Shown piece by piece: positions 16,186-25,056 of a stretch of 64,000 nt of DNA. The position numbers were made by a program, and so were the translations under genes. The stretch is from Gaiellales bacterium. Its GTDB lineage: Bacteria > Actinomycetota > Thermoleophilia > Gaiellales > JAICJC01. Location: positions 748-64,747 of the forward strand of contig DASUHM010000002.1 in assembly GCA_036273515.1 (NCBI GenBank). The letters are read 5' to 3'. The stretch's first letter is position 1. Each line of letters begins with the position of its first letter. The notes under the pieces are model-generated. The model saw only the letters and a program-made list of their open reading frames with translations, was not told the DNA's origin and made no database searches.

Positions 16186-17034
16186 CTATTTTGGGCCGTC
16201 GGGAAGGAACTCGGCCTCGAGTCCCAGCCCTTGGAACCACCCCACCATCGCCCGCTGCGGCGGCACCTCGGTGCCGTAGTGGGTGCCGTCGATCACGGCG
16301 ATGTCGCGCTCCTCGGCGAGGGCCATGAACTCGGCCGCCCAGCGCGTGAAGACGCCACCCGTGACGAACGTCTGGCAGCCGCGTGTGAGCGACTCGGTCA
16401 GCGCCTCGCGGTCGGCGCCACCGCCGCCGACGACGGCGACCCGGCCCGCAGCGTCCGTGCCGGCCCGTCGGCGCACCACCTGCACCGGCACGTCGGGTCC
16501 CAGGTCGGTGCCGAGCCGGGCGGCCAGCTCGTCCACGGTCGCATCGGACGGCCCGATGACGGCCGCGCCGCCGCCGATGCCCTCGGCGATCGGGAAGTAC
16601 TCGTCCTCGACCGGCACGCCCATGGCGGCGGCGCACAGGCGCGACGGCGACACCTCGGGGTGATGGTCGATCGGCGCGTGCACATGGTAGAAGCCGATGC
16701 CGTCGCGGCGCATCCGCTCGAACGTCTCCCGGGCGAGCGGCAGGAAGCCGGGCTCGTCGCCGTAGTCGATCGGGTGCTCCGAGAAGAGGAACGTCCCCGG
16801 CTCGAGCAGGCCGACCACCCGGTCGGACGGAAAGACGCAGGTCACGACCCGGTCGACCTCGTCCGTGCCGCGCACGAGCAGCCCGTTCCAGCGGCCCTCG
16901 TAGCCGGGCTCGGCGTACTCGCGCCAGTACGGGTCGGGATAGACGAGCTCGAAGAGGTCGGCCCACTCGTCGCCACGCACGTCCTGGGTGCCGAAGTACT
17001 CGTCCAGCCGCTCGACGAGGTCGTCGCGCCTCAT
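16186..17034 (-). CDS. Nif3-like dinuclear-metal-centre protein (GTP cyclohydrolase 1 type 2 family)
   Basis: ATG at 17034 overlaps the pheT stop (ATGA). The product starts MRRDDLVERLDEYFG and contains FSEHPIDYG, HVHAPIDHHPE and GTHYGTE motifs. Confidence 0.6.
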   Translation of the reverse strand: MRRDDLVERLDEYFGTQDVRGDEWADLFELVYPDPYWREYAEPGYEGRWNGLLVRGTDEVDRVVTCVFPSDRVVGLLEPGTFLFSEHPIDYGDEPGFLPLARETFERMRRDGIGFYHVHAPIDHHPEVSPSRLCAAAMGVPVEDEYFPIAEGIGGGAAVIGPSDATVDELAARLGTDLGPDVPVQVVRRRAGTDAAGRVAVVGGGGADREALTESLTRGCQTFVTGGVFTRWAAEFMALAEERDIAVIDGTHYGTEVPPQRAMVGWFQGLGLEAEFLPDGPK

Positions 17035-19388
17035 GCGCGCAGCTCGCCGCCGACGTCGGCGCGCAGGGCGGCCACGATCCGCTCGCGCACGGCGTCGGCC
17101 TCGGCGTCGGTGAGCGTCCGGTCGGGCGCCTGGAACACGAGGTGCAGGGCCAGGCTCTTGCGCCCCTCCCCCACCTGCGGCCCGCGGTACACGTCGAAGA
17201 CCTCGACCCGCGCGAGCGCCTCGCCGCCGGCCGACCGCACCACGTCGACCGCCCGGCCCGCCGGCACGTCCTCGGAGACGACGACCGCGATGTCCTGCCG
17301 CAGCGGCGGGAAGCTCGTGACGTCGCGGTAGAGCACCTCCTCCGGCGGCCGGCCGCGCAGGCCGTCCAGGCCGACCTCGAACACCGCCACTCCGGGCTCG
17401 AGCTCGAACGCCTCCGCCACCAGCGGGTGCAACTCGCCGACGAACCCGTCGGCGACCGCCGCTGCCCGGCCCGGGTGCAGGAACGGCTCGTCGAGGGGCC
17501 GGTACTCGGGCGCCGCGACGCGCGCGGCGGCGAAGAGCGCCTCGACCACGCCCTTGGCGGCGAAGAACCCGGCGCCCTCCCCCGCGAGCACGCCCGAGAC
17601 CCGCGCCGGCTGGTCGGGCAGCGTGTCGTTGCTTCGCAGGAACACGTGCCCGATCTCGAAGAGGGCCACGCGCGGCGCCGACATCGCCAGGTTTCGCCGG
17701 GCCGAGTGCAGCAGGCCAGGGAAGACGAGCGTCCGCATCGCCGCCCATTCGGCGCTCATCGGGTTCTGGAGCTCGACCAGCGCCGCCCGGGGGTCGCCGG
17801 CGCCGAGGCGCAGGCGCTTGGGCATGCCGAGATCCCACAGCGTCAGCGTCGCCGCCTCGGAGAGCCCCGCGCCGCGGAGCACGTCGACGACCTTGCGCCG
17901 CAGGCGCTCGTCCGGGTCGAGCCGCCCGCCGCCGGGATCGCCGCCCGGCATCTCGACCGGCACCCGCTCGAGCCCGCCGATACGCGCGACCTCCTCGACC
18001 AGGTCGACCTCACGGGTCGTGTCCGCCGCCCGCCACGTGGGCACACGCCAGCCCTGGCCGGCCCACTCGTACCCGAGGCGGGCGAGCGTGCGGTCGACCT
18101 CGTCGTCCGCGTACGTGATCCCGATCAGCCCCTCGAGCCGCTCGCGCCGAAGCGGCACGACCGGCGGCTCCGGCAGGTCGCCGTGCACGTCGATCTCCCC
18201 GGGGACGAGGGTGGCGCCGGCAAGCTCGACCATCAGCTGCGAGGCGAGCCGAAGCGCCTTCGGCGGCAGATGCGGATCGAGGCCCTTCTCCCACCTGCTC
18301 GAGCCCTCGGTGCGCAGGCCGAGCCGGATCGACGAGGCCTGGGTGGTCGGGCCGTCGAAGTTGGCGCACTCCATGAGCACGGTCGTCGTCCCGGCGGTCA
18401 CCTCGCTCCACTCCGAGCCCATCAGGCCCGCCACGGCGGACGGCTTCTCGGCGTCGGCGATCACGAGCGTTTCGGTGTCGAGCACGCGATCCTGGCCGTC
18501 GAGCGTCGTCACCTTCTCGCCGTCGGCCGCGCGGCGGACGATGATCTCGCGGCCGGAGACCTTGTCCAGGTCGAAGGCGTGGGTCGGCTCGCCGATGGCG
18601 AGCATCACGTAGTTGGTGATGTCGACGACGTTGGAGATCGGCCGCATCCCGGCCGCGGCGATGCGCGCCTTGAGCCACGGCGGCGACGGGCCGACGCGCA
18701 CGTTCGTGAAGACGCGCGCGGCCCAGCGCGGGCACATGTCGGGCGCGTCGATGCGGGCCTTGACGTAGTCGCCGGCCGTCCCCTCGCCGGTTGCCTCGGG
18801 CTCGGTTCCGGGCCAGTCGGCCAGGTCGGTGTCGAGCACCGCCGAGACCTCTCGGGCGATCCCGTAGACGTTCTGGCAGTCGGGCCGGTTGGACGTGATC
18901 TCGAACTCGAGCACGTCGTCGGCGATCGCGAGGTGCTCGATCAGGGCGTCGCCGACCGGCCAGTCGGCGGGCAGGAGCATGATGCCGTCGTGATCCTGGC
19001 CGAGCTCGAGCTCGCGCTCGGAGAGCATCATCCCGTGCGACTCGAGCCCGCGCAGCTTCGCCACGCGCAGCTCCGTCCCGTCCGGCAGCACCGCGCCCGG
19101 GAGCGCGACGGCCACCGTCGCCCCGGCCTCGAAGTTGCGGGCGCCGCACACGATCTGCTGTGGCTCGCCCGTCCCGATGTCCACGCTGCACAGGCTCAGC
19201 CGGTCGGCGTTCGGGTGCTGCTCGCGGGTGATGACGCGGCCGACCCGGTAGCGCTCGAGCGCGCGCGGGACGCCGCGGCGGTGCAGCGCCTCGAGCTTCG
19301 TCCCGGTCAGCGAGAGCCGCTCGCCCAGCTCCCGCGGATCGAGGTCGAACGAGACGTATTCGCGCAGCCACGAGACCGGCACCCTCAT
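17031..19388 (-). CDS. pheT: Phenylalanine--tRNA ligase beta subunit
   Basis: ATG at 19388 overlaps the pheS stop (ATGA). The product starts MRVPVSWLREYVSFDLDPRELGERLSLTGTKLE and has the tRNA-binding domain HPNADRLSLCSVDIG. Length is 785 aa. Confidence 0.95.
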   Translation of the reverse strand: MRVPVSWLREYVSFDLDPRELGERLSLTGTKLEALHRRGVPRALERYRVGRVITREQHPNADRLSLCSVDIGTGEPQQIVCGARNFEAGATVAVALPGAVLPDGTELRVAKLRGLESHGMMLSERELELGQDHDGIMLLPADWPVGDALIEHLAIADDVLEFEITSNRPDCQNVYGIAREVSAVLDTDLADWPGTEPEATGEGTAGDYVKARIDAPDMCPRWAARVFTNVRVGPSPPWLKARIAAAGMRPISNVVDITNYVMLAIGEPTHAFDLDKVSGREIIVRRAADGEKVTTLDGQDRVLDTETLVIADAEKPSAVAGLMGSEWSEVTAGTTTVLMECANFDGPTTQASSIRLGLRTEGSSRWEKGLDPHLPPKALRLASQLMVELAGATLVPGEIDVHGDLPEPPVVPLRRERLEGLIGITYADDEVDRTLARLGYEWAGQGWRVPTWRAADTTREVDLVEEVARIGGLERVPVEMPGGDPGGGRLDPDERLRRKVVDVLRGAGLSEAATLTLWDLGMPKRLRLGAGDPRAALVELQNPMSAEWAAMRTLVFPGLLHSARRNLAMSAPRVALFEIGHVFLRSNDTLPDQPARVSGVLAGEGAGFFAAKGVVEALFAAARVAAPEYRPLDEPFLHPGRAAAVADGFVGELHPLVAEAFELEPGVAVFEVGLDGLRGRPPEEVLYRDVTSFPPLRQDIAVVVSEDVPAGRAVDVVRSAGGEALARVEVFDVYRGPQVGEGRKSLALHLVFQAPDRTLTDAEADAVRERIVAALRADVGGELRA

Positions 19389-20410
19389 CCGAACTGCTCC
19401 ATGAAGCGCAGGTCGTTCTCCCACAGGAGGCGGATATCGGGGATGTCGTGGCGCAGGCCCGCCACCCGCTCGACGCCCATGCCGAACGCGAAGCCCGACA
19501 CCTCCTCCGGGTCGTAGCCCTCGACGTACCCGTACAGGTTGGGGTCGACCATCCCGGCGCCGAGGATCTCGACCCAGCCCTCGCCCCTGCAGACCCGGCA
19601 CGGCGAGCCGTCGCGGGCGCAGTTGAAGCAGCTGACGTCGACCTCGACCGAGGGCTCGGTGAACGGGAAGAAGTGCGGCCGCAGGCGCACCTCGCGATCG
19701 GCGCCGAAGATGGCGCGGGCAAACCCGAGCAGCGTTCCTTTGAGATGGCCGAGCGTGATGCCACGGTCGACGACGAGCCCCTCGATCTGCGTGAACATCG
19801 CGGTATGGGTCGCGTCGGGCGTGTCGCGCCGGTAGCAGCGGCCCGCGGTGGCCATGTAGACGGGCGGCGGCTGCGCCTCCATCGTGCGGATCTGCACCGG
19901 CGAGGTGTGCGTGCGCAGGACGACGTCGGGCGAGACGTAGAACGTGTCGGTGACCTGCCGCGACGGGTGCGTCGGCGCGTGGTTCAGCGCGTCGAAGTTG
20001 TAGTGGACGGTGTCGATCTCCGGCCCGTCGACGATGCGGTAGCCGAACCCGACGAAGACATCGAGGATGTCGCGCCGGGTCTGCTCGATCAGGTGCGCGT
20101 ACCCGCGCGGCGGCACCGCGCCGGGCAGGGTGACGTCGAGCCGGTCGGAGCGCAGGCGCTCCTCGAGCTCGGCCTCGCCCAGCTCGCGCGAGCGGCGCTC
20201 GACCAGCTCCTCCAGCGAGCGCCGGGCGCGGTTCAGGTCGGCGCCGCGGGTGCGCCGCTCCTCCGGGTCGAGCGACCCCAGCTCGCGCAGCGCGAGCACG
20301 AGCGGCGCCTTGCGCCCCAGCACGTCGATGCGCACCTCCTCGAGCGCGGCCGAGCCGTCGGCGGCCGCGATGCGCGCCTGGGCGTCGGAGACGAGGGCAT
20401 CGAGGTCCAT
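19385..20410 (-). CDS. pheS: Phenylalanine--tRNA ligase alpha subunit
   Basis: 341-aa ORF with class II aaRS motifs (HPSRQVTDTFY, RTHTSPVQIR, GAGMVDPNL, GFAFGMGVERV). Confidence 0.95.
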   Translation of the reverse strand: MDLDALVSDAQARIAAADGSAALEEVRIDVLGRKAPLVLALRELGSLDPEERRTRGADLNRARRSLEELVERRSRELGEAELEERLRSDRLDVTLPGAVPPRGYAHLIEQTRRDILDVFVGFGYRIVDGPEIDTVHYNFDALNHAPTHPSRQVTDTFYVSPDVVLRTHTSPVQIRTMEAQPPPVYMATAGRCYRRDTPDATHTAMFTQIEGLVVDRGITLGHLKGTLLGFARAIFGADREVRLRPHFFPFTEPSVEVDVSCFNCARDGSPCRVCRGEGWVEILGAGMVDPNLYGYVEGYDPEEVSGFAFGMGVERVAGLRHDIPDIRLLWENDLRFMEQFG

Positions 20411-20420
20411 GGTGGCCGGG

Positions 20421-20426
20421 TAGTGT
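20421..20426 (+). promoter_or_regulatory. -10 box TAGTGT, 7 nt upstream of in-frame ATC 20434 (methyltransferase)
   Basis: Sequence is TAGTGT agttagc ATC. Its complement TACACT could serve the divergent pheS gene, 11 nt from ATG 20410. Confidence 0.35.
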
Positions 20427-20550
20427 AGTTAGCATCGGGACGCCGCCCTCCGCCTACGACCGCCTCGGCGAGCGCTATGACGTCTGGTGCCGTTCGGTCA
20501 CCGAGGACATCCCGTTCTACGTCGACCTCGCGCTCGCGAGCGGCGGGCCG

Positions 20551-21159
20551 GTGCTCGAGATCGGCGTCGGATCGGGCCGGGTGGCCGTGCCGACGGCGCT
20601 CGCGGGCATCACGGTCGTCGGCGTCGATGCGTCGGAGACGATGCTCGAGCTGGCGCGGCGGCGGGCGGCGCCGCACGATCTGCGCCTGACGCTCGTGCGC
20701 GCGGACATGCGCGAGCTGCCGGAGCTGGGGACGTTCCCGCTCGTCACCGTGCCGTTCCGGGCGTTCCTGCACCTGCGCGACGACGCCGAGCGGCTGGCCG
20801 TCCTGCGGGCGCTGCGCGACCGGCTCAATCCCGGGGGGGCGCTCGCCTTCGACGTCTTCCATCCCGACCGGCTCGACATCGCCGAGACGCACGGGCGCTG
20901 GATCGAGCGCGAGCCGGGCATCGACGAGCGGGCGCTCTGGGACGAGGACGCCCGCCGGCTCGAGTTGACCGTGCGCGCCGACGACATGCACGCCGAGATG
21001 GAGCTCTGGTGGGTCGAGCCGCACCGCTGGCGGGCGCTGCTGGACGAGGCCGGGTACGACCACATCCGGGCCTACGGGTGGTTCGACCGCCGCCCGCTCG
21101 AGCCGGACGCGACCGACTCCGTGTGGGTGGCGACCCGGCCGGGGAGCCGGGTAGGGTGA
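20551..21159 (+). CDS. Class I SAM-dependent methyltransferase (true start probably upstream, near 20434)
   Basis: The SAM motif is VLEIGVGSGRVAVP. The same frame stays open and protein-like upstream (SAYDRLGERYDVWCRSVTEDIPFYVDLALASGGP), but has no ATG, GTG or TTG between 20434 and 20551. Confidence 0.75.
   Translation: MLEIGVGSGRVAVPTALAGITVVGVDASETMLELARRRAAPHDLRLTLVRADMRELPELGTFPLVTVPFRAFLHLRDDAERLAVLRALRDRLNPGGALAFDVFHPDRLDIAETHGRWIEREPGIDERALWDEDARRLELTVRADDMHAEMELWWVEPHRWRALLDEAGYDHIRAYGWFDRRPLEPDATDSVWVATRPGSRVG
21152..21157 (+). promoter_or_regulatory. -10 box TAGGGT, 7 nt upstream of ATG 21165
   Basis: Sequence is TAGGGT gacgagc ATG. It lies in the last codons of the methyltransferase gene. 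Confidence 0.3.
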
Positions 21160-21164
21160 CGAGC

Positions 21165-21797
21165 ATGCAACCGTATCCAGTGACATTCTCGGTCGACTAC
21201 CCCGACCGGCCGCTCGACCGGCTCTCGACCGCGCTTCGGATCTTCTGGATCATCCCGATCTTGATCATCCTGGCCATGCTCGACCAGACCACCACCCAGT
21301 TCTCGCATGGTGGGCCGGACAATCGCACCGGGGCGGAGTTCGCCGCCGCCGGCGGCACGGTCGTCCTGCCCGTCGTCCTCATGCTGCTCTTCCGCCGGAA
21401 GTACCCGCGCTGGTGGTTCGCCTGGAACCTCGAGCTGAACCGGTTCTCAAACCGGGTGTTCGCCTACCTGGCGCTGATGGACGACCGCTACCCCTCGACC
21501 GACGAGCACCAGTCGGTGCACCTGGAGTATCCGGAGGTGACCGGCCCCGAGCTGAATCGGTGGCTACCGCTCGTGAAGTGGTTCCTGGCCATCCCCCACT
21601 ACATCGTGCTCTTCTTCATGGGGATCGCGGCGTTCTTCGTGGTCGTGTTCGCCTGGTTCGCGATCGTCTTCACGGGCCGCTACCCGCCCGGGGCGTTCGG
21701 GTTCGTCGAGGGCGTGCTGCGGTGGGGAAACCGCGTGACCGGCTACGCGTTCACGCTCGTCACCGACGACTACCCGCCGTTCGGGCTCTCGGCCTGA
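21165..21797 (+). CDS. DUF4389-family membrane protein
   Basis: ATG at 21165 in ORF 20487..21797 gives MQPYPVTFSVDYPDRPLDRLSTALRIFWIIPILII ... AIPHYIVLFF ... FAIVFTGRYP, the characteristic DUF4389 pattern. Confidence 0.7.
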   Translation: MQPYPVTFSVDYPDRPLDRLSTALRIFWIIPILIILAMLDQTTTQFSHGGPDNRTGAEFAAAGGTVVLPVVLMLLFRRKYPRWWFAWNLELNRFSNRVFAYLALMDDRYPSTDEHQSVHLEYPEVTGPELNRWLPLVKWFLAIPHYIVLFFMGIAAFFVVVFAWFAIVFTGRYPPGAFGFVEGVLRWGNRVTGYAFTLVTDDYPPFGLSA

Positions 21798-22585
21798 GCG
21801 CGCTGGCGCACGGCCTCGTAGAGCGCGAGCGTGGCCGCCTGGGCGGCGTTCAGCGACTCGGCGCCGGCCGCCTGTGGAACCGCGCAGACGACGTCGCAGG
21901 CCTCCACCACATCGGGGGGTAGCCCGTGCCGCTCGGCGCCCACGACGAGGGTCGTCGGGGCGGTCAGGTCGGCCTCCCAGAGCGGCGTGTCCGCCCCGGC
22001 CACGAGGGCGACGCGCGTGCCGTCCTCCGGCACCTCGGCGCCCGTCTCGATCGGCACGCGGAAGACGGCGCCCATCGAGGCCCGCACGCCCTTCCCGGCC
22101 AGCGGGTCGGAGCAGCCCGGCGACAGCGCCAGCCGCGCCGGCCCGAGCGCGCCGCACGCCCGCACGACGGTGCCGACGTTGCCCGGATCGATCACGCGGT
22201 GCAGATAGACGGCCAGGGGTGAAGAACCGGTGCCTGGCACCGGATATTCATGCGGGAGCGAGGCGATGTCGTAGAGGGCGATGACGCGGGCCGGGTGGCC
22301 CAGGCCGCCCACCTCGGCGAGCAGCGCGTCGCGCACCGGGAGCACCGGCCCACCCCGTGCCAGCCGCGCGATCAGGCCCTCGTCGGGCGGCCGGTCGGCC
22401 GCGATCAGCGTCTCGACGGGCAGGATCCCAGCCGCGAGCGCCTCCTCGACGATGTCCTCGCCCTCGGCCAGGAACTGCCCCAGCGCACGCCGGTGCCGGC
22501 GGGCCTGGAGCTTGCGCGCGTGCTTCAGCCGGGCGTTGCCGTGGGAGGTGATTGGCTCCACGGCGGGGAGCCCGTCATGCTGCAA
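21770..22585 (-). CDS. TrmH/SpoU-family RNA 2'-O-methyltransferase
   Basis: 271-aa ORF with SpoU motifs ([42 protein letters not shown]). The TTG start at 22585 overlaps the rplT 3' end. An alternative GTG lies at 22561. Confidence 0.8.
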   Translation of the reverse strand: MQHDGLPAVEPITSHGNARLKHARKLQARRHRRALGQFLAEGEDIVEEALAAGILPVETLIAADRPPDEGLIARLARGGPVLPVRDALLAEVGGLGHPARVIALYDIASLPHEYPVPGTGSSPLAVYLHRVIDPGNVGTVVRACGALGPARLALSPGCSDPLAGKGVRASMGAVFRVPIETGAEVPEDGTRVALVAGADTPLWEADLTAPTTLVVGAERHGLPPDVVEACDVVCAVPQAAGAESLNAAQAATLALYEAVRQRAQAESPNGG

Positions 22586-22934
22586 GCGCGGCCTTGGCTG
22601 CCTCGGCGAGCGCCCCGAACGCCTTCGGGTCGGACACGGCGAGGTCGGCGAGCACCTTGCGGTCGAGCTCGATCTCGGCCTTGCGCAGGCCGTGCATGAA
22701 CTGGTTGTAGGAGAGCCCGTTCTGGCGGGCGCCGGCGTTGATGCGGATGATCCAGAGCCGGCGGAAGTCGCGCTTGCGCGCCCGGCGGTCGCGGTAGGCG
22801 TAGGTGAGCGACTTGAGCATCTGCTCTTTCGCCTTACGGTAGGTGTTCTTCTTGAGCCCGCGGTATCCCTTGGCGGACTCGAGCACCTCCCGGCGCTTCT
22901 TCTTGGCGTTGACGCTGCGTTTCACGCGTGCCAT
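22575..22934 (-). CDS. rplT: 50S ribosomal protein L20
   Basis: The product starts [26 protein letters not shown] and includes [20 protein letters not shown]. Confidence 0.97.
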   Translation of the reverse strand: MARVKRSVNAKKKRREVLESAKGYRGLKKNTYRKAKEQMLKSLTYAYRDRRARKRDFRRLWIIRINAGARQNGLSYNQFMHGLRKAEIELDRKVLADLAVSDPKAFGALAEAAKAALAA

Positions 22935-22944
22935 CGTCGAGCTC

Positions 22945-23142
22945 CTATCGCTTTCCCAGGAGGCGCAGCGCCTCGGTTCGATCCGCCGGGGCCATCTCCT
23001 TGGCCTGGCGCTTCACCCGCCGCCGCTTCGCGCTCTTGTGCTCGAGCAGGTGCGTGCGGAACGCGCGCCGGCGCAGCACCTTGCCCGCGGCGGTCAGCCG
23101 GAACCGCTTCTTCGCGGCGGAAGAGGTCTTCATCTTTGGCAT
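22945..23142 (-). CDS. rpmI: 50S ribosomal protein L35
   Basis: The product starts [37 protein letters not shown]. Confidence 0.97.
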   Translation of the reverse strand: MPKMKTSSAAKKRFRLTAAGKVLRRRAFRTHLLEHKSAKRRRVKRQAKEMAPADRTEALRLLGKR

Positions 23143-23155
23143 GCTCGGATCTCCT

Positions 23156-23770
23156 TCAGGCGCCGGCGGCGGCCTCGTCGGCGGCCTCGGCAGGCGCGTC
23201 GTCCGCCTTCGCGGCGGGTGCTACCACCGCCTTGTGCGGGGCCAGCATCATCACCATGTTCCGTCCGTCCTGCAGCGGCTGGGATTCGATCGAGCCGAGA
23301 TCCTTCACGTCCTCGGCGAGTCGGAGCAGGAGGTCCCGCCCACGCTCCGGGTGCGTCATCTCGCGCCCGCGGAACATGATCGTGACCTTCACCTTCGCCC
23401 GGCCCTTCAGGAATCGGACGACGTGACCCTTCTTGGTCTCGTAGTCGCCGACGCCGATCTTCGGCCGCAGCTTGATCTCCTTGATCGTGATCGTCGACTG
23501 GTGCTTGCGCGCGAGCTTTGCCTTCTGCTCTTGCTCGTACCGGTACTTGGAGTAGTCCATCACCCGGCACACGGGTGGGCGGGCGTCAGGCGCCACCTCG
23601 ACGAGGTCGAGGTTCTTGTCCCACGCCCACTTCTGCGCCTCGTCTGTGTTCTTGATACCGATCTGCGTGCCGTCGGCGTCGATCAGACGCACCTGGGGGA
23701 CGCGGATCGCCTCGTTGATCCGGGTGGTCGGCTCTTGCGGCCGTTGGTCGAGCTGCCTGCGGGGCCTCAA
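23156..23770 (-). CDS. infC: Translation initiation factor IF-3 (TTG start)
   Basis: The product contains [33 protein letters not shown] and [18 protein letters not shown]. An in-frame TAG lies 9 nt upstream of TTG 23770. There is no in-frame ATG before the conserved domain. Confidence 0.93.
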   Translation of the reverse strand: MRPRRQLDQRPQEPTTRINEAIRVPQVRLIDADGTQIGIKNTDEAQKWAWDKNLDLVEVAPDARPPVCRVMDYSKYRYEQEQKAKLARKHQSTITIKEIKLRPKIGVGDYETKKGHVVRFLKGRAKVKVTIMFRGREMTHPERGRDLLLRLAEDVKDLGSIESQPLQDGRNMVMMLAPHKAVVAPAAKADDAPAEAADEAAAGA

Positions 23771-23821
23771 GACCTTTGCCTACTCACGATCATCCTCAAC
23801 CCTTGGAGCTCCTCTCCTAGA

Positions 23822-23848
23822 CAAAAAAACGGGTGCCGAAAGCACCCG
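23822..23848 (-). terminator. Intrinsic terminator inside the infC leader
   Basis: The minus strand reads CGGGTGC-TTTCG-GCACCCG followed by TTTTTTT. It ends 52 nt upstream of the infC start, and no gene lies upstream on this strand. Confidence 0.7.
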
Positions 23849-23953
23849 ATTGACGCCTCCACGACGGAAGCGGTAGCCGAACGATTCGGTTGAACCTCCC
23901 GGTACAGAGCCGGAGAGGTGAGGGGCGTGATGCCTCTGCTTAGCCAGGCGGGC

Positions 23954-23981
23954 AGTATAGCAACGCACTCGTAGCGGCCAA
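23954..23981 (-). promoter_or_regulatory. Sigma-70-type promoter TTGGCC-N16-TATACT for the infC-rpmI-rplT leader
   Basis: Read on the minus strand. It predicts a ~175-nt leader that contains the terminator. Confidence 0.45.
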
Positions 23982-24033
23982 ATCTCCGTTTGGAAACCTT
24001 GACCGGCGCGCCCGCCTTGGGCATTATCGCGGG

Positions 24034-24678
24034 GTGTTCCACGACCGCACCCAGGCAGGAGCGGCGCTCGCAGCGGCGATGCCGGAGCTGCGCAAGAAGG
24101 CGAACGTGACCGTCGTCGGGCTGGCGCGCGGCGGAGTCGAGGTGGCGGCGGAGACCGCCCGGCTGCTCGATCTGCCGCTCGACGTGCTGTGCGTCCGCAA
24201 GGTGGCGACGCCGGGCCATCCCGAGCTGGCGATGGGCGCCGTCGCCCCCCAGGGCGAGCGCTACACGAACCGGCGCGTCGCCGGCCGGCTCACGCCGATC
24301 CAGGTCGATGCGGCGTACGACACCGCGACCGCCCAGGCGCGGGAGATGGACGAGCGACTGCGCGGCGGCACGCCGATGATGCTCGTCGGGCGCACCGCGA
24401 TGATCATCGACGACGGCGCCGCGACCGGCGCCTCGATCCGGGCGGCCCTGGCGGCGGTGCGAAACGCCGGCGCCCGCCAGACCGTTATCGCGCTGCCCGT
24501 CCTGCCGCGGCTCGCCGTCGAGCGGCTCGAACGCGAGTGCGACCGGCTGGTCACGCTGCGAGCGCCCCAGCGCTTCCACGCTGTCAGCCAGTTCTACGAG
24601 CACTTCGACGAGGTCACCGAGTCACGCGTGATGGCGCTGCTCGCAACCGCGAAGCCCGCGGTCGAGCTCACCGTCTGA
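24034..24678 (+). CDS. Phosphoribosyltransferase-family protein
   Basis: 214-aa ORF with a GTG start. The PRPP-binding loop is AMIIDDGAATGAS, and the N-terminus reads FHDRTQAGAALA...VVGLARGGVEVA. CATTAT lies 6 nt upstream of the start. Confidence 0.75.
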   Translation: MFHDRTQAGAALAAAMPELRKKANVTVVGLARGGVEVAAETARLLDLPLDVLCVRKVATPGHPELAMGAVAPQGERYTNRRVAGRLTPIQVDAAYDTATAQAREMDERLRGGTPMMLVGRTAMIIDDGAATGASIRAALAAVRNAGARQTVIALPVLPRLAVERLERECDRLVTLRAPQRFHAVSQFYEHFDEVTESRVMALLATAKPAVELTV

Positions 24679-24689
24679 CACGGGGGGCC

Positions 24690-25020
24690 GTGGCGCCCAC
24701 CGCGATCGTCGTGGCGTTTCCCGACGTCCCGGCGCATGTGACGCTCATCTACCCGTTCGTCGACGACGCCGACCTGGCGGACGACGAAGTCCCTCGCCTG
24801 CGCGGCCCGCTCGCCGCTTTTCGCGCCATTCGACGTGCTCTACCTGGAGCCGGAGCCCGCCGGGCCCTTCCTCGGGATGATCGCGGCGTTGGCACTCTTT
24901 CCGCCGTCGAGGCCGAGGTCGACCGCCACCTGCCCTTCAATGCTCGGGTCGCCGAGGTCGCCGCGCTCGACAGGGAGACTCGGCTCGACCGCCTCTACGG
25001 CGCCCCCAACGAACGCGCTC
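24690..25020 (+). pseudogene. Degraded 2H-phosphoesterase (LigT / 2'-5' RNA ligase-like) gene
   Basis: Frame 0 reads (V)APTAIVVAFPDVPAHVTLIYPFVDDADL...PLAAF. The family-typical block FDVLYLEPEPAGPFLGMIAALALFPP is in frame +1. The frame then returns to frame 0. No second HxT/S motif is present, and no frame has a stop near the expected end. Confidence 0.45.
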
Positions 25021-25024
25021 AGAC

Positions 25025-25055
25025 GCACCAAAAGGGGTCTGACCCCGTTTGGTGC
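25025..25055. repeat. Extended REP-like hairpin GCACCAAAAGGGGTC-T-GACCCCGTTTGGTGC
   Basis: 15-bp arms with one mismatch. It lies directly after the stop of the hotdog gene (25057). Confidence 0.8.
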
Positions 25056-25056
25056 G

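Noticed and set aside
16186-17838. 550-aa version of the nif3 ORF extending into pheT
   Set aside because: The upstream 268 codons are R/G/A/P-rich and overlap pheT. The ATG at 17034 overlaps the pheT stop (ATGA) and begins the conserved Nif3 sequence.
23850-23950. tRNA-like segment (GGTTCAACCGAATC) in the infC leader
   Set aside because: No acceptor stem, anticodon arm or proper T-loop (GTTCRANYC with a paired stem) can be drawn. It is better explained as part of a leader structure.
23767-24603. 278-aa minus-strand ORF upstream of infC
   Set aside because: It is antisense to the phosphoribosyltransferase gene and R/G/A-rich. Only its last 8 codons (the u[11 protein letters not shown]) may be meaningful.
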